DNA from: a virus
Length of the DNA stretch: 64,000 bases
Reading direction: 5' to 3' (one strand)
IMG/VR virus record: IMGVR_UViG_3300026544_000001
Span: 1 to 64,000 of that record
Part shown: piece by piece, positions 10,560 through 20,340 of the stretch
Numbering within the stretch: the stretch's first letter is position 1
Layout of the letters: each line of letters opens with the position of its first letter
The notes under the pieces: generated by a model
The model's database searches: none
What the model was told of the DNA's origin: nothing
Seen by the model: the letters and a program-made list of their open reading frames with translations, nothing else
Program-made: the position numbers and the translations under genes

Positions 10560-11036
10560 TCAATTGATACATTTATCTAGGATAAGTTGTAATTTGGGTT
10601 CAGGCTTCTCAAAATCCTTAGGTTTAATGACTTTGCCTTCAGAGTCTTTTGTATTTGACTTCTGAGTGTTAGCATCATGTACTATTTGAAGTGCATCTAC
10701 CATTTGGTCTGGATTAAGGCCTAGTTTATGAAGTTCCCCTACAGCTATGTATATAGTATCTAATATCTTATCTAATTGATCTACTGTACTAGAAGTATCT
10801 GGCGTGTCTATAAGTAACTCTACTATAGCTCTAGATACACTCTTATGTGTAGCAGTAGTTGGAGTTAAGCCCAACTTCTCTGCTAAAGCAGATACATCAA
10901 AAGTTTCAATAGATTCTTCTATAAGCATAGATGAAGCTAATCTATTATCAAATGAATGTTTAGGGTTATCCCATACATCGTTGTTTAACTTAGCTATGTC
11001 ACATACCAAATTGTAGAGTTGCTTTTTATGAAGCAC
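10560..11036 (-). CDS. MazG-like/PRA-PH nucleoside triphosphate pyrophosphohydrolase
   Basis: LIEESIE...DKILDTIYIAVG...VHDANTQK...GKVIKPKDF pattern of phage NTP-PPases. Confidence 0.75.
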   Translation of the reverse strand: MLHKKQLYNLVCDIAKLNNDVWDNPKHSFDNRLASSMLIEESIETFDVSALAEKLGLTPTTATHKSVSRAIVELLIDTPDTSSTVDQLDKILDTIYIAVGELHKLGLNPDQMVDALQIVHDANTQKSNTKDSEGKVIKPKDFEKPEPKLQLILDKCIN

Positions 11037-11451
11037 TTCGCACCTCCGTTAGGATAGATCTAAGTTCTAGTAGTTTCTCCATTGTAGTAGCTGCACTTAT
11101 ATCTATGATACCATCTTGTCTAAGAGTGTCATTAACAATCTTATCAATTAACTTAATGTTATGTTTAATGATATCGTAGTCTTCTTCTGGTTCCTCTACA
11201 GGTTCTTCTGAAGGGACAGGAGGTGTTTTTTCTATAAAAGCTTTTATAGTTTCTATAAATATCCTTACATCCTTTTTAGTTTTTAACTTAGATATTGGTA
11301 TATTTAAATCCGCTAATGGTATAGTTGTTTCACCTAAAACTACAGAGATAGTTGCTATTATAGTATCTTCAGATGCAGTTACTTCTAGATAGATACCTTT
11401 TGGTAACTCTAGTTTATCTACTTGTTTTCTTAGTTGTTTATTTAAATTCAT
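11026..11451 (-). CDS. Hypothetical protein
   Basis: 141-aa ORF with AAGGA RBS, co-oriented with neighbours. Confidence 0.6.
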   Translation of the reverse strand: MNLNKQLRKQVDKLELPKGIYLEVTASEDTIIATISVVLGETTIPLADLNIPISKLKTKKDVRIFIETIKAFIEKTPPVPSEEPVEEPEEDYDIIKHNIKLIDKIVNDTLRQDGIIDISAATTMEKLLELRSILTEVRSAS

Positions 11452-11483
11452 ATTATTCCTTATTTGTTATACTCTGGGCTTAT

Positions 11484-11553
11484 TGTACCTACTCTACCTA
11501 TCTGCCAGTATATAGGTGATGTACGCGATACATACACATAACGCATAGGTACA
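11484..11553 (-). ncRNA. Candidate structured intergenic element (three-way junction)
   Basis: Closing stem TGTACCTA/TAGGTACA encloses hairpins ACCTAT/ATAGGT and ATGTA/TACAT. Confidence 0.35.
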
Positions 11554-11558
11554 CCTAA

Positions 11559-11849
11559 TTACTTGTTAAGTTCTATAAGTCTATCTATATACCATTTACA
11601 TTTCTCTAAGTCTTCTAAACCATTTTTATTTTTATACCTTGTAATATATTTTATAATTGATCCTTCGTGAAAGCCTAGATTGTTAGCTTCTATGTATTCA
11701 ATAGGTTGTATAGCTACTTCATAATGAGATCCACCTACTTGTTGTTTAGGAGGATTAATAGTACGTTCAATAACTATATCTTCTACAACTGTTTTAGGTT
11801 CTGTAGTAATAGGATTATCCATTTCTACATATTGTTCTGTTATTGCCAT
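11559..11849 (-). CDS. DUF3310 (SaV-like/T7 gp1.7-like) protein
   Basis: QVGGSHY...IQPIEYI...GFHEGSIIKYITRY..KNG.EDLEKCKWY signature. Confidence 0.85.
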   Translation of the reverse strand: MAITEQYVEMDNPITTEPKTVVEDIVIERTINPPKQQVGGSHYEVAIQPIEYIEANNLGFHEGSIIKYITRYKNKNGLEDLEKCKWYIDRLIELNK

Positions 11850-11858
11850 AGTTACTCC

Positions 11859-12893
11859 TTATAGATCAGACATATCTAAACCAGACATGTCGTAATCAGC
11901 TACTTTAGATTCCATAAAGTTAGATTTTATGTCAGACTCAAGCATACTAAACTTTTTAAGTAAAGATTGTAAAGGTCCACCATCTGTATCTTCGTATAAT
12001 AACGAAATACCTAAATTTTTACATACTGAATTAGCTTTATGTTCTACATAAATTCTAATAGATTGTTCAGAGAACCCAAGTACTCCTTCTGTAGCGTATG
12101 TAGTCCATCTAATTTCAGCATCTGTCATAGCAGTTATCATGTCATGTAGTTCAGATGTGAAAGATATTTCTCTAGCTAGATCTATATTATTTTCTCTGCA
12201 AGTAGTTCTAAATATATTCTTGAATAAGGGTACGTGAGTCCCTGACTCATCTTTATGAATAAAACTAATCATCTTAGCTGAGCCTATCATAATATGTCCA
12301 ATAGAGTAGATAGCTACGAAGCCACCTGGGAATACTAGTTCTTCTAAGATTTGATTAGCACAAAATGCTTTTAGTACATCATAGGTTGAAGGTTCTGTTC
12401 CTTGGTACAGTGTTTGATACATATCTGATACTGCTTGGTTCTTTATGAATAGTTCCTTATCATGTTGATGCATAGAGAATATTCTATCAGTATCACCACA
12501 TATGTCTTCTGCCATAACAGAATATGATAATGCATGATTAGACTCTTCATAAGCTTGTCTAGATAAACAGGCATTAACTACTGGACTAGTAATATATTGA
12601 TTAATAGAATCCATTAGTTGATTAGTCTGTATAGAGTCATTACTGATCAGTTGAGCTAGTATTAGATCATACATACGTTTATGCTGTTCTGATAGTTCGT
12701 TATACTTAGTTTTGTCTTGTGATATGTCTACTTCACCACTGAACCAGTTGTATGACTGCATAACTTTGTATAAGCTAGCTGCCCACTTATGGTTAGTTCG
12801 TTCATAGTTTATAATACCATCTGGATTACCTCCTATGATACGAGCTTGATCATGTGGCTCCATAGATGTTTGATTATATATTTGTTTCTTCAT
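11859..12893 (-). CDS. nrdB: Ribonucleotide reductase class I beta subunit
   Basis: DSIQ, EESNHALSY, ILEE, DESGTH metal-ligand motifs; C-terminal NFMES..V.DY; adjacent to nrdA. Confidence 0.92.
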   Translation of the reverse strand: MKKQIYNQTSMEPHDQARIIGGNPDGIINYERTNHKWAASLYKVMQSYNWFSGEVDISQDKTKYNELSEQHKRMYDLILAQLISNDSIQTNQLMDSINQYITSPVVNACLSRQAYEESNHALSYSVMAEDICGDTDRIFSMHQHDKELFIKNQAVSDMYQTLYQGTEPSTYDVLKAFCANQILEELVFPGGFVAIYSIGHIMIGSAKMISFIHKDESGTHVPLFKNIFRTTCRENNIDLAREISFTSELHDMITAMTDAEIRWTTYATEGVLGFSEQSIRIYVEHKANSVCKNLGISLLYEDTDGGPLQSLLKKFSMLESDIKSNFMESKVADYDMSGLDMSDL

Positions 12894-12905
12894 TTGTTTT
12901 CCTTT

Positions 12906-15449
12906 CTATTGGCACCCTGTGCACGATATCGTTGATGATAGTGAATCATCATTTTGTGCTTTTTGTGATTTAGATCTAAGATAGTATAATGTTTTAACAC
13001 CTATCTTCCATGCATATATGATAGTATCTGCTATTTTACCTGCTGTTAATCCTTCTGGTCTGAAATATAGATTATGTGAGATAGATTGATCTACATACTG
13101 CTGATGAGCTGCACATACATCTAACATTTTCTTCTGATCTATATCATATGCTGATTTATAGTACTGATAGTTATCAGGATTGATATTAGGTGCTGTTAAT
13201 GTAGTTGGTCCAAATAAACCATCTTCATTCCACTTGTATCCAAATACAGGTTCATGTGCTGATGTAGTACCTGCTATAAGAGAAATAGATGCAGTTGGAG
13301 CTATAGCCATTTGGTATGCACAACGTATGTGTTCATCTGTACTAAAGATAGGCGCTGATCCACGTTCTTTAGCTAGTTCTACATTAACTTCATCTATTGC
13401 TGTACGGATTGTTCCCATTACTTCATGAACATACTCAATGTGCTCAGTTGAACCGTAATGAATTTGTTTATTAGCTATATCTTCCGCTTCTCCCATGATA
13501 CCCATACCAATAGCTCTACGAGATAGTTCAGTAAGTTTAGACTTCTCTGTAGGGTAGTTAGATAGATCAATAGTATTATCTAACATACGAAATAGAAGCT
13601 TACTGTAGTACGATAGTTCATATGAATCTTCATTTACTATTCTGGCTAGATTAAGTGAACCTAGTATACATACAGAGGTTTCATCTTCATTGTTTGGTTG
13701 AAGTATTTCCATGCAGTTTCCGGTAATAATACCATTAAAGCATAGTTTATTTACTTTTGGTTCGGTACCACAGTATAAAGGATGTGAACCTTTAAGTTTT
13801 TCTATAGATCTTACTGTTAGTTTACCTGTCCTAACAATGTTGTCTCTAGATACTACATCTCCTACTTCTAATTCATGAGTTCTTACACATTCACAAAAAT
13901 TATCTGGTGTTTGCTCTACATACCACTTGTGATAGTCAGATGCATTTATAAATTCACCATTACTAAATGTTACAGTATACACTTCATCATAAGATGGGTG
14001 TGTTTTATATAATGGAGTCCATGACCACTCACTACCATTCCAACATTCAAGAGTTTTACCTGCAACATTTTGTATAGGTATGTAACCATATTCTTTAGTT
14101 AGTACTTTAGTATCTCCAGTAACACATAAATTAGATGATCTTACAATACCATTCTCTGGATGGTTATGTGTTCTATTCACTGTGTCCTTAAAGAAAATAT
14201 ATGGAGCACCACGAGTAAAATAAGAACTAATCATTTTAGCCCAAAGTTCTTTAGCTTTAATTTGTTTAGGGGGGTTAGTAAATTTAAAATGAGATCCATC
14301 ATCTAAATCTACTAATAGCTTATCTTCATAGAATTCATAAGCTGCTGTAAATTCTTCTCCATGTAATTCTGTAAGATTAGGTACATCATAAGGATCAAAC
14401 AATGTCCACATACTGTCCCTAGTAACTCGTTTCATGAATAAGTCAGATACAGATAGAGATAAGAATAGATCCTCTGCTCTTCTACGTTCTTCACCAGATG
14501 TTTTCTTAAGGTCTATGAAGTCAAACACATCTAAATGCCAGTTCTCTATAGAAGCGTTCTCTGAGCCTTTTCTCGTACCGAGCTGATCTACGGCATTAGA
14601 AAAATCGTTCTGTAATTTAAGCCAAGGTACTATACCGCCAGCTGCGTTAGATTGTCCTTGTATAGTTCCACCTAATGCCCTAACTCTAGTCCAATCACAA
14701 CCAAATCCTCCTCCGTTCTTACTACCGAATGAGAATGATGAATAATGATCTAGTATACCTTGTAGTGAATCCTCTACAGAATCAACGAAGCAAGATATGT
14801 GTGTAGCGCCTTTACGTCTACCTTTAGATAGAATAGGAGTAGATAGTACTATTTTAAGTTGAGACATTGCATCATAGAATTCAATAGCTCGTTCAGTTGG
14901 ATTATCTTCATTCTGAGCTAACCACATAGCTAATCCCATAAACATGTGCTGAGGTAATTCAGTAATATTATCATTCTGTTTAATTAGGTATCTGCTAATA
15001 AGCGTAGATATACCTATATAGTTAAATAGTAGATCACGTTCTGGTTTAATAGTATTTTCTAGTTTATTTAAATCAAATATAGATTTATCAAAATCAAGTA
15101 TATTTTCATTATCTATTAGATAATTATCTAGCCAGATAGTATCATATACGTTATCTGAACCTACTCTATCATATGTTCGTTTAACTTTATGGTATAGATC
15201 GTATAGAGTTAATCTAGCTGCTACATATGTCCAATTAGGTTTATCTATATCTATCTTAGATGATGCTGCATTTACTAATGCTTTTTGTATATCCTGTGTA
15301 GATATACCATCTGTAAAAACTATTTGAGCTTCTAGTTCAAGTTCATCTGCTGATGTACCTGGTAGGTTATCACATGCAGGAATAGTTTGCTTACGTATTT
15401 GTTCGATGGATAATTTACTTTTAGACCCATCACGTTTTGTCACTTTCAA
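12906..15449 (-). CDS. nrdA: Ribonucleotide reductase class I alpha subunit with ATP cone and mini-intein
   Basis: VTKRDG ATP cone, STP, SCF, SSNL|CMEI after splicing, VCILGSLNL, APTASIS, KTLYYLRS, C-terminal CTGC. Confidence 0.95.
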   Translation of the reverse strand: MKVTKRDGSKSKLSIEQIRKQTIPACDNLPGTSADELELEAQIVFTDGISTQDIQKALVNAASSKIDIDKPNWTYVAARLTLYDLYHKVKRTYDRVGSDNVYDTIWLDNYLIDNENILDFDKSIFDLNKLENTIKPERDLLFNYIGISTLISRYLIKQNDNITELPQHMFMGLAMWLAQNEDNPTERAIEFYDAMSQLKIVLSTPILSKGRRKGATHISCFVDSVEDSLQGILDHYSSFSFGSKNGGGFGCDWTRVRALGGTIQGQSNAAGGIVPWLKLQNDFSNAVDQLGTRKGSENASIENWHLDVFDFIDLKKTSGEERRRAEDLFLSLSVSDLFMKRVTRDSMWTLFDPYDVPNLTELHGEEFTAAYEFYEDKLLVDLDDGSHFKFTNPPKQIKAKELWAKMISSYFTRGAPYIFFKDTVNRTHNHPENGIVRSSNLCVTGDTKVLTKEYGYIPIQNVAGKTLECWNGSEWSWTPLYKTHPSYDEVYTVTFSNGEFINASDYHKWYVEQTPDNFCECVRTHELEVGDVVSRDNIVRTGKLTVRSIEKLKGSHPLYCGTEPKVNKLCFNGIITGNCMEILQPNNEDETSVCILGSLNLARIVNEDSYELSYYSKLLFRMLDNTIDLSNYPTEKSKLTELSRRAIGMGIMGEAEDIANKQIHYGSTEHIEYVHEVMGTIRTAIDEVNVELAKERGSAPIFSTDEHIRCAYQMAIAPTASISLIAGTTSAHEPVFGYKWNEDGLFGPTTLTAPNINPDNYQYYKSAYDIDQKKMLDVCAAHQQYVDQSISHNLYFRPEGLTAGKIADTIIYAWKIGVKTLYYLRSKSQKAQNDDSLSSTISCTGCQ
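13716..14126 (-). mobile_element. Mini-intein (137 aa, no homing endonuclease) in NrdA
   Basis: Starts CVTGDTKVLT, has a ASDYHKW block B, ends GIITGN followed by Cys; interrupts the N-L-C-x-E active-site loop. Confidence 0.9.
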
Positions 15450-15468
15450 TTTATTCTCCTTATTGTTG

Positions 15469-15675
15469 TTATGCTATACCTTTATAGTATCCAAATAGTT
15501 TTTTAGCTGGCATGATAGTTGTGTTCTTTCTACATATAGGACAAATTCCTTTACGAGCTGTATATGTACCATCGTATGGCTCATTGTCTCTATGTTTCTT
15601 AGCACAATCTGCACAACAAAAAGCTATTAAATTATCCTTAACTGATTGTCTATATGCTTGACTTGTATCTAACAT
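15469..15675 (-). CDS. Small Zn-ribbon protein
   Basis: CADC...CPIC in 68 aa. Confidence 0.55.
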   Translation of the reverse strand: MLDTSQAYRQSVKDNLIAFCCADCAKKHRDNEPYDGTYTARKGICPICRKNTTIMPAKKLFGYYKGIA

Positions 15676-16379
15676 GATTGATTCTCCAATGGATCTGGTT
15701 CAATAATACAATCCTCTAGTAAGTAATGATACTCTTCTGGTATTGCATTATATATAAGATGAGCTAAATGTCTATATTCAGCTAGTGCTGATTTAGCTGT
15801 ACGAAGTTGTAACATATGTCTTAGAGCTCTAAGATTGAAAGAGCAAGTTAATGATGTACGAAATGCTTCAGGTAATGTATATTTTGCTACATCGTTAGAT
15901 ACACCGTTCTTAAGTGCTATTCGAAGATTATCTAATGCTTGTATATTATAGCTATTAATTTCTATGTCTTTTGTCATACATATATACTTTTCAGCTTGCT
16001 TTCTTTGATTTGGTAGTATACAATCTATACCAACAAATGAGTCTTCCTCTTTTAGTTCTTGTAGTGTATAACGACTACTACGAACTGTTTGTGAGAAACC
16101 TATTCGTGTTCTGCTCCATTCTTGAAGTAATGCACGTGAAATATCATCTACATCAAAAGCAAACCACACTAATTCCAGTACAGATTCATGTTTAAATTTA
16201 CAACCAACACGATGAATAAGGTCACGATCTTTAGAGCCAATATTAAATGACTGATTATTTGAAAATATTGAAGTTGGTATACTATCTGATTTATCTTCAG
16301 TGCCTTTAGAACGCCTGATTGCTTGTGCTGCTATCCATAAAGGGGTAGCATGCAATAGTTCTACTTTTATGTTTTTCAT
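15669..16379 (-). CDS. thyX: Flavin-dependent thymidylate synthase
   Basis: HESVLE, ISRALLQE, S..SSRY, LP, NLRALRHMLQLR, ALAEYR motifs; RHR is replaced by RTR. Confidence 0.9.
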   Translation of the reverse strand: MKNIKVELLHATPLWIAAQAIRRSKGTEDKSDSIPTSIFSNNQSFNIGSKDRDLIHRVGCKFKHESVLELVWFAFDVDDISRALLQEWSRTRIGFSQTVRSSRYTLQELKEEDSFVGIDCILPNQRKQAEKYICMTKDIEINSYNIQALDNLRIALKNGVSNDVAKYTLPEAFRTSLTCSFNLRALRHMLQLRTAKSALAEYRHLAHLIYNAIPEEYHYLLEDCIIEPDPLENQSC

Positions 16380-16390
16380 TTTTTCTCCAA

Positions 16391-16420
16391 TAAAAAAGTC
16401 CCATCGGTGTGATGAGACTT
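16391..16420 (-). terminator. Intrinsic terminator after HU
   Basis: Minus strand AAGTCTCATC-ACACC-GATGGGACTT followed by a T-run. Confidence 0.75.
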
Positions 16421-16452
16421 GGTTTATTAATATTAATTTGGCTTAATTAGAT

Positions 16453-16740
16453 TTAGTTGATAGCTTGTTTGATAGCTGAACCGAATTTTAATTTAGCTCT
16501 GTTATGTTTAGGGATAGTAATCTTTGCACCTGTAGATGGATTTACTCCTGGTCTTTCTGGTACTTTAGTTGTAGAAAATGTCCCTAATCCTGTTAATGCT
16601 AATGCATTACCTTTACTCATTTGTTTGCTAATGATAGAAACAAATTCCTTATAGATTCTATTAGCTGCTGCTTTAGATGCAATATCTGGTTGTTTAGCTA
16701 ATTCAGTGATAAAATCACCTGTTGATAATCTCTTTGCCAT
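16453..16740 (-). CDS. HU-like DNA-binding protein
   Basis: LTGLGTFS...ERPGVNPSTGAKITIP...KFG HU/IHF signature. Confidence 0.92.
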   Translation of the reverse strand: MAKRLSTGDFITELAKQPDIASKAAANRIYKEFVSIISKQMSKGNALALTGLGTFSTTKVPERPGVNPSTGAKITIPKHNRAKLKFGSAIKQAIN

Positions 16741-16771
16741 AATGGCTCCTTGTATATTGATTTGTAATGTA

Positions 16772-16804
16772 AGTATAACTATGATACGCTTATATACTGC
16801 TTAA
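16772..16804 (-). promoter_or_regulatory. Host sigma70-type promoter for HU
   Basis: TTAAG...ATAAG-N11-TATACT on the minus strand. Confidence 0.6.
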
Positions 16805-16810
16805 TAGAAG

Positions 16811-17215
16811 TTAGTTTTCTCTAACGTAGATATACTCACTATTGTATTGCATTTCACCATAGTTAGATGAGTCAAGTAAATAAGATTCATCTGTTTCATA
16901 TATAACATCTTTTTTGTATTTATCCTCATCAAAATACCATTGTAGGTGTTTAGGTATTTCATCTAAAGCCGTATCTAGTATAGAGTTTGCATAATCATCT
17001 TTCATATTTGATATAGCATTCTCGTCTAAAAGTTCATAGTTATCCATATAATCTATTGCACATTCGAGATCATGCTCTAGTCCCATATGAGCTACTAAGA
17101 AAGCTAATTCGTACTCTTCGAATGCTTCGTTGTAGTCTTCTGGTAAATCTGGATTCTCTAACCTAATAGAAAAGTATTCCTTTGCATATAATTGTTTAAG
17201 TTCTTCTGGTGTCAT
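16811..17215 (-). CDS. Acidic ArdA-like anti-restriction protein (putative)
   Basis: Very D/E-rich; EIPKHLQWYFDEDKYKKD resembles the ArdA C-terminal IP..L..YFDYE.Y.RD motif. Confidence 0.5.
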   Translation of the reverse strand: MTPEELKQLYAKEYFSIRLENPDLPEDYNEAFEEYELAFLVAHMGLEHDLECAIDYMDNYELLDENAISNMKDDYANSILDTALDEIPKHLQWYFDEDKYKKDVIYETDESYLLDSSNYGEMQYNSEYIYVREN

Positions 17216-18699
17216 TCTGTATCTCCTAACCATTTAGCATTGTTTAGTTTATATCTACAGCGCGAAATCGCTACATAGTACAAAAATAGCTCAGCTATTT
17301 CCTCTTGTTTAGTTGGTATGATTCCGCTCTTAATGTAATCTTCCATAATATCTTCAATAGATTCATTCATATCATCTGCTAGAGTCACTTCATCTAAGGT
17401 AGTACCTTTAGAAGTGTGCCCGGTTAGTAACTGAAGATTAGCTCCTGATTTGAGATGAGACTTAGCGGAGTTGTATGCATTTACTATACCTTGTGGTGTA
17501 TGTGTCATTATAAGATTAGCTGCTTGTTCTATAGCAGGGTTATCTTTATTATTAGCTATAAGATAAGGTAGTAATGTAGCATATTGCTCTTGTAACGAAT
17601 CAGATGATCTATAGTCATTAGCATCTTGTTCTAGATATTTATACTTCTTGTTCTTCTCAGGTTGTCCTGATAATGCTCTAAGTATAGCTAAAGGTAATTC
17701 AAACATTTGATTGATCTTTGTACCTGTAGATAACCTATACGGTGTATTAGTTTCATTTAGTTCTATCATCTTAGATATTAAACTAGAGTTAGTTCTAGTT
17801 ATATATCCTTTAGTTTTGATAGGTGGTAATGGTATAGGATACTCCATACCTTTGAATACAAAATCAGGATCAACTAAACTCTGCATAAATATTTCTATCT
17901 TATTTGCAATAGGTGTATTAACTCTGAATGACTTAGTTAGATGTAACTTAGTTGCATCTGTGTATATGTCAAAAGCATTCTTACATCCCATGAATGAGAA
18001 TATAGCTTGTTTAGGATCACCTACTAGTACTTTAACTTTAGCTGGAATTTTATTAATTACATCTAATGTTGTAGTAGATAAATCTTGTATTTCATCAATA
18101 AGCAGTACATCTACTTCTGGTAGTTGTATAGAACCGTTCATTAGTCTATTGTGAAATACTTTAAGATACACAGAATGCGTACATGGTATAGTTCCAAGTG
18201 CAGCTAGTTTATACAGCTCTTTAGTTAGAGTTATGATAGGTTTGCGTACTTGGATGTTCTCTTCTAAACAATAATGCTCTAGTTTATTATATCCTGATTC
18301 ACAGAATGCATTTAATAGATTAATAGCGTCCATATCTATTCCAAATGGTCTTTTAATAGATTTAGGTATATCTTTCCATGACATAAAACCTGTTTGTGAT
18401 AGATGCATACTAGTTTGTTTAATAGTATAATCATGAGCTAACTTATGCAATGTAGATACAGCTGCTGTATGTTTAAATTCTAACCTAGCCTCTTGTGAAG
18501 CTAGTGAACCAAATACTAGATAGTTTATTCTAGTACTTGGATTTACAGTAGTTAAACGTTTAGCTAGTTCTACTAATGTAGTAGTTTTCGATGATCCAGC
18601 AATTGCATTTATAGTAACTATACTATTTTCTGGTTGCTCTATAAGGTTAGATATTTCTGAAAAGATATGTTCTTGTTCTTCAGACCAATTGAATGACAT
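17212..18699 (-). CDS. UvrD/Rep-like SF1 helicase
   Basis: AIAGSSKTT (variant Walker A), DEIQD, VGDPKQAIFSF, LTKSFR, TGHTSKG, LYYVAISR. Confidence 0.88.
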   Translation of the reverse strand: MSFNWSEEQEHIFSEISNLIEQPENSIVTINAIAGSSKTTTLVELAKRLTTVNPSTRINYLVFGSLASQEARLEFKHTAAVSTLHKLAHDYTIKQTSMHLSQTGFMSWKDIPKSIKRPFGIDMDAINLLNAFCESGYNKLEHYCLEENIQVRKPIITLTKELYKLAALGTIPCTHSVYLKVFHNRLMNGSIQLPEVDVLLIDEIQDLSTTTLDVINKIPAKVKVLVGDPKQAIFSFMGCKNAFDIYTDATKLHLTKSFRVNTPIANKIEIFMQSLVDPDFVFKGMEYPIPLPPIKTKGYITRTNSSLISKMIELNETNTPYRLSTGTKINQMFELPLAILRALSGQPEKNKKYKYLEQDANDYRSSDSLQEQYATLLPYLIANNKDNPAIEQAANLIMTHTPQGIVNAYNSAKSHLKSGANLQLLTGHTSKGTTLDEVTLADDMNESIEDIMEDYIKSGIIPTKQEEIAELFLYYVAISRCRYKLNNAKWLGDTE

Positions 18700-18717
18700 G
18701 TGTTCTCCTAGTTATTT

Positions 18718-19449
18718 TTATATATCATCTGAATCGTCGTTTACTGCTGCTTGTTGTTGAGCAGGTTGTGTTGTTTGTTGAGGTGTAGATGATTGTTGTG
18801 CAGCTGGTGCTGTACCTAATTTTTGTTCTAATAGTTGATTCTTTAATTGAATACAAGCTGGGTTTTGTTCTTTACCATATTGGATTGTGATATTTTCTTT
18901 AGCTTCTGCATCGAATGCTTCTAATCTATCTCTACCCATTGGGTCTTTACCGTCTTTGTCTAAGAACTTAAATGTATCAACTACTTGGTTAGCATATGCT
19001 TTAGTTCCATCTTTGTCTGGTTGAATCTCAGTTGAACTAACAATGTATAGTTTCTTACCTTCTACTTTAGGGAAGATAGTGATTGCATTACCTTTATCAT
19101 CTGTTCCTGATTGTGAGTTAGCTGTAGCTTGTTTTACATCTTTAATACCAATAGATTTAACTAATCTTGCAATAATTGCTGCAACTCTTTTATCTGCTTT
19201 TGCTGCTTTTGCTATCTCTTCTGGTGAATTATCTTTTGGGTTACCAAAGAAACTAGTTATATCTAATGCTTCACCTGCTGCAGTTGTAAAATCTATATTG
19301 AATCTATCCCATCCATTACCTGCTGTTTCATACATTCTAGCTATAGTAACTAAGTGTGCACCTGCTTCTCTACATTTATCTGATGTATTACCTAATGATG
19401 CAATCGCATCGTTGTCCATTTCATTAATTGTGTTTAATAATCTACTCAT
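18718..19449 (-). CDS. Putative single-stranded DNA-binding protein
   Basis: Follows primase and AAA ATPase as N4 gp45 does; Q/P/A linker and acidic tail DDSDDI. Confidence 0.6.
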   Translation of the reverse strand: MSRLLNTINEMDNDAIASLGNTSDKCREAGAHLVTIARMYETAGNGWDRFNIDFTTAAGEALDITSFFGNPKDNSPEEIAKAAKADKRVAAIIARLVKSIGIKDVKQATANSQSGTDDKGNAITIFPKVEGKKLYIVSSTEIQPDKDGTKAYANQVVDTFKFLDKDGKDPMGRDRLEAFDAEAKENITIQYGKEQNPACIQLKNQLLEQKLGTAPAAQQSSTPQQTTQPAQQQAAVNDDSDDI

Positions 19450-19467
19450 TTTTATTTCCTTTTATAT

Positions 19468-20262
19468 TTATTTAGTTGTTGCTGTATCAGCGTCAGTTTG
19501 TGGTAAGTAAAGTTTAGTAAGAACTTCTTCTAATTCATGTAAGCTATTGCCGTCTGATTCGTATGGTGATAGTGATTTATGTATTTTAGTTGGTGAATAC
19601 ATATCTTCGTTATCTGCAATGAACTTATGGTCTTCTAGTGTAAGTACTGTATTGAAGTTTGCTTCGTATGTACCTTTAGGGAAAGTTGATCCTTTGATTT
19701 GAATATATGGATCTGCTTCATCTGTGTTCTTATTGTTCTTAGGCGGAACATTATGTCCAAGGATATACACCAGCTTATTGTTAAAGTTAGTTTCTTCTTT
19801 CAATAGTTGTAGCCAAGTACCTACTTCATCGGCGAAAAGCTGCCAAATAGTAAAACCCTTAGAGACCGATACATAATGCTTCTCTAACTGTGCATGCATT
19901 GATGTTGTAGAATCAAATATCATTCTATCTACATCTTTATGAGCTAATGCTTTTCTAACTAGTAACTTAAGTTCTTCTAGTGTTTTGTATTTTACATTCT
20001 CATAATCTACATATAGATGTTGTTCATCTGGTGGTATTAATCCTGATGGTTTAACACAGTATATACTTCTGTACTCATCACCAAAGTCATTTGGTAAGTT
20101 CTTGTTTTCAAAATTAACATATACTGTTCTAGCTTTCTCTTCTGGAGTTAGCTGTTCCATTGCATATGTTTTTCCTGCACCTTGCTTACCTGTAATTAAT
20201 ACAGGATACGCTCTTGTCATTCTTCTTCGTATAGATCTCTCTACACCTTCTAATGTTGCCAT
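19468..20262 (-). CDS. AAA ATPase (Sak4-like/N4 gp44-like)
   Basis: GKQGAGKT, IFDS, ILGH; start set at MATLEG, which follows an AAGGA RBS. Confidence 0.8.
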   Translation of the reverse strand: MATLEGVERSIRRRMTRAYPVLITGKQGAGKTYAMEQLTPEEKARTVYVNFENKNLPNDFGDEYRSIYCVKPSGLIPPDEQHLYVDYENVKYKTLEELKLLVRKALAHKDVDRMIFDSTTSMHAQLEKHYVSVSKGFTIWQLFADEVGTWLQLLKEETNFNNKLVYILGHNVPPKNNKNTDEADPYIQIKGSTFPKGTYEANFNTVLTLEDHKFIADNEDMYSPTKIHKSLSPYESDGNSLHELEEVLTKLYLPQTDADTATTK

Positions 20263-20340
20263 TAAAATTTCCTTTATAACGTTATTAAATTTGTTTGAGT
20301 TTGACGTGGCTAATCTCAACAACTAAAAGAGCCAAGCTGA

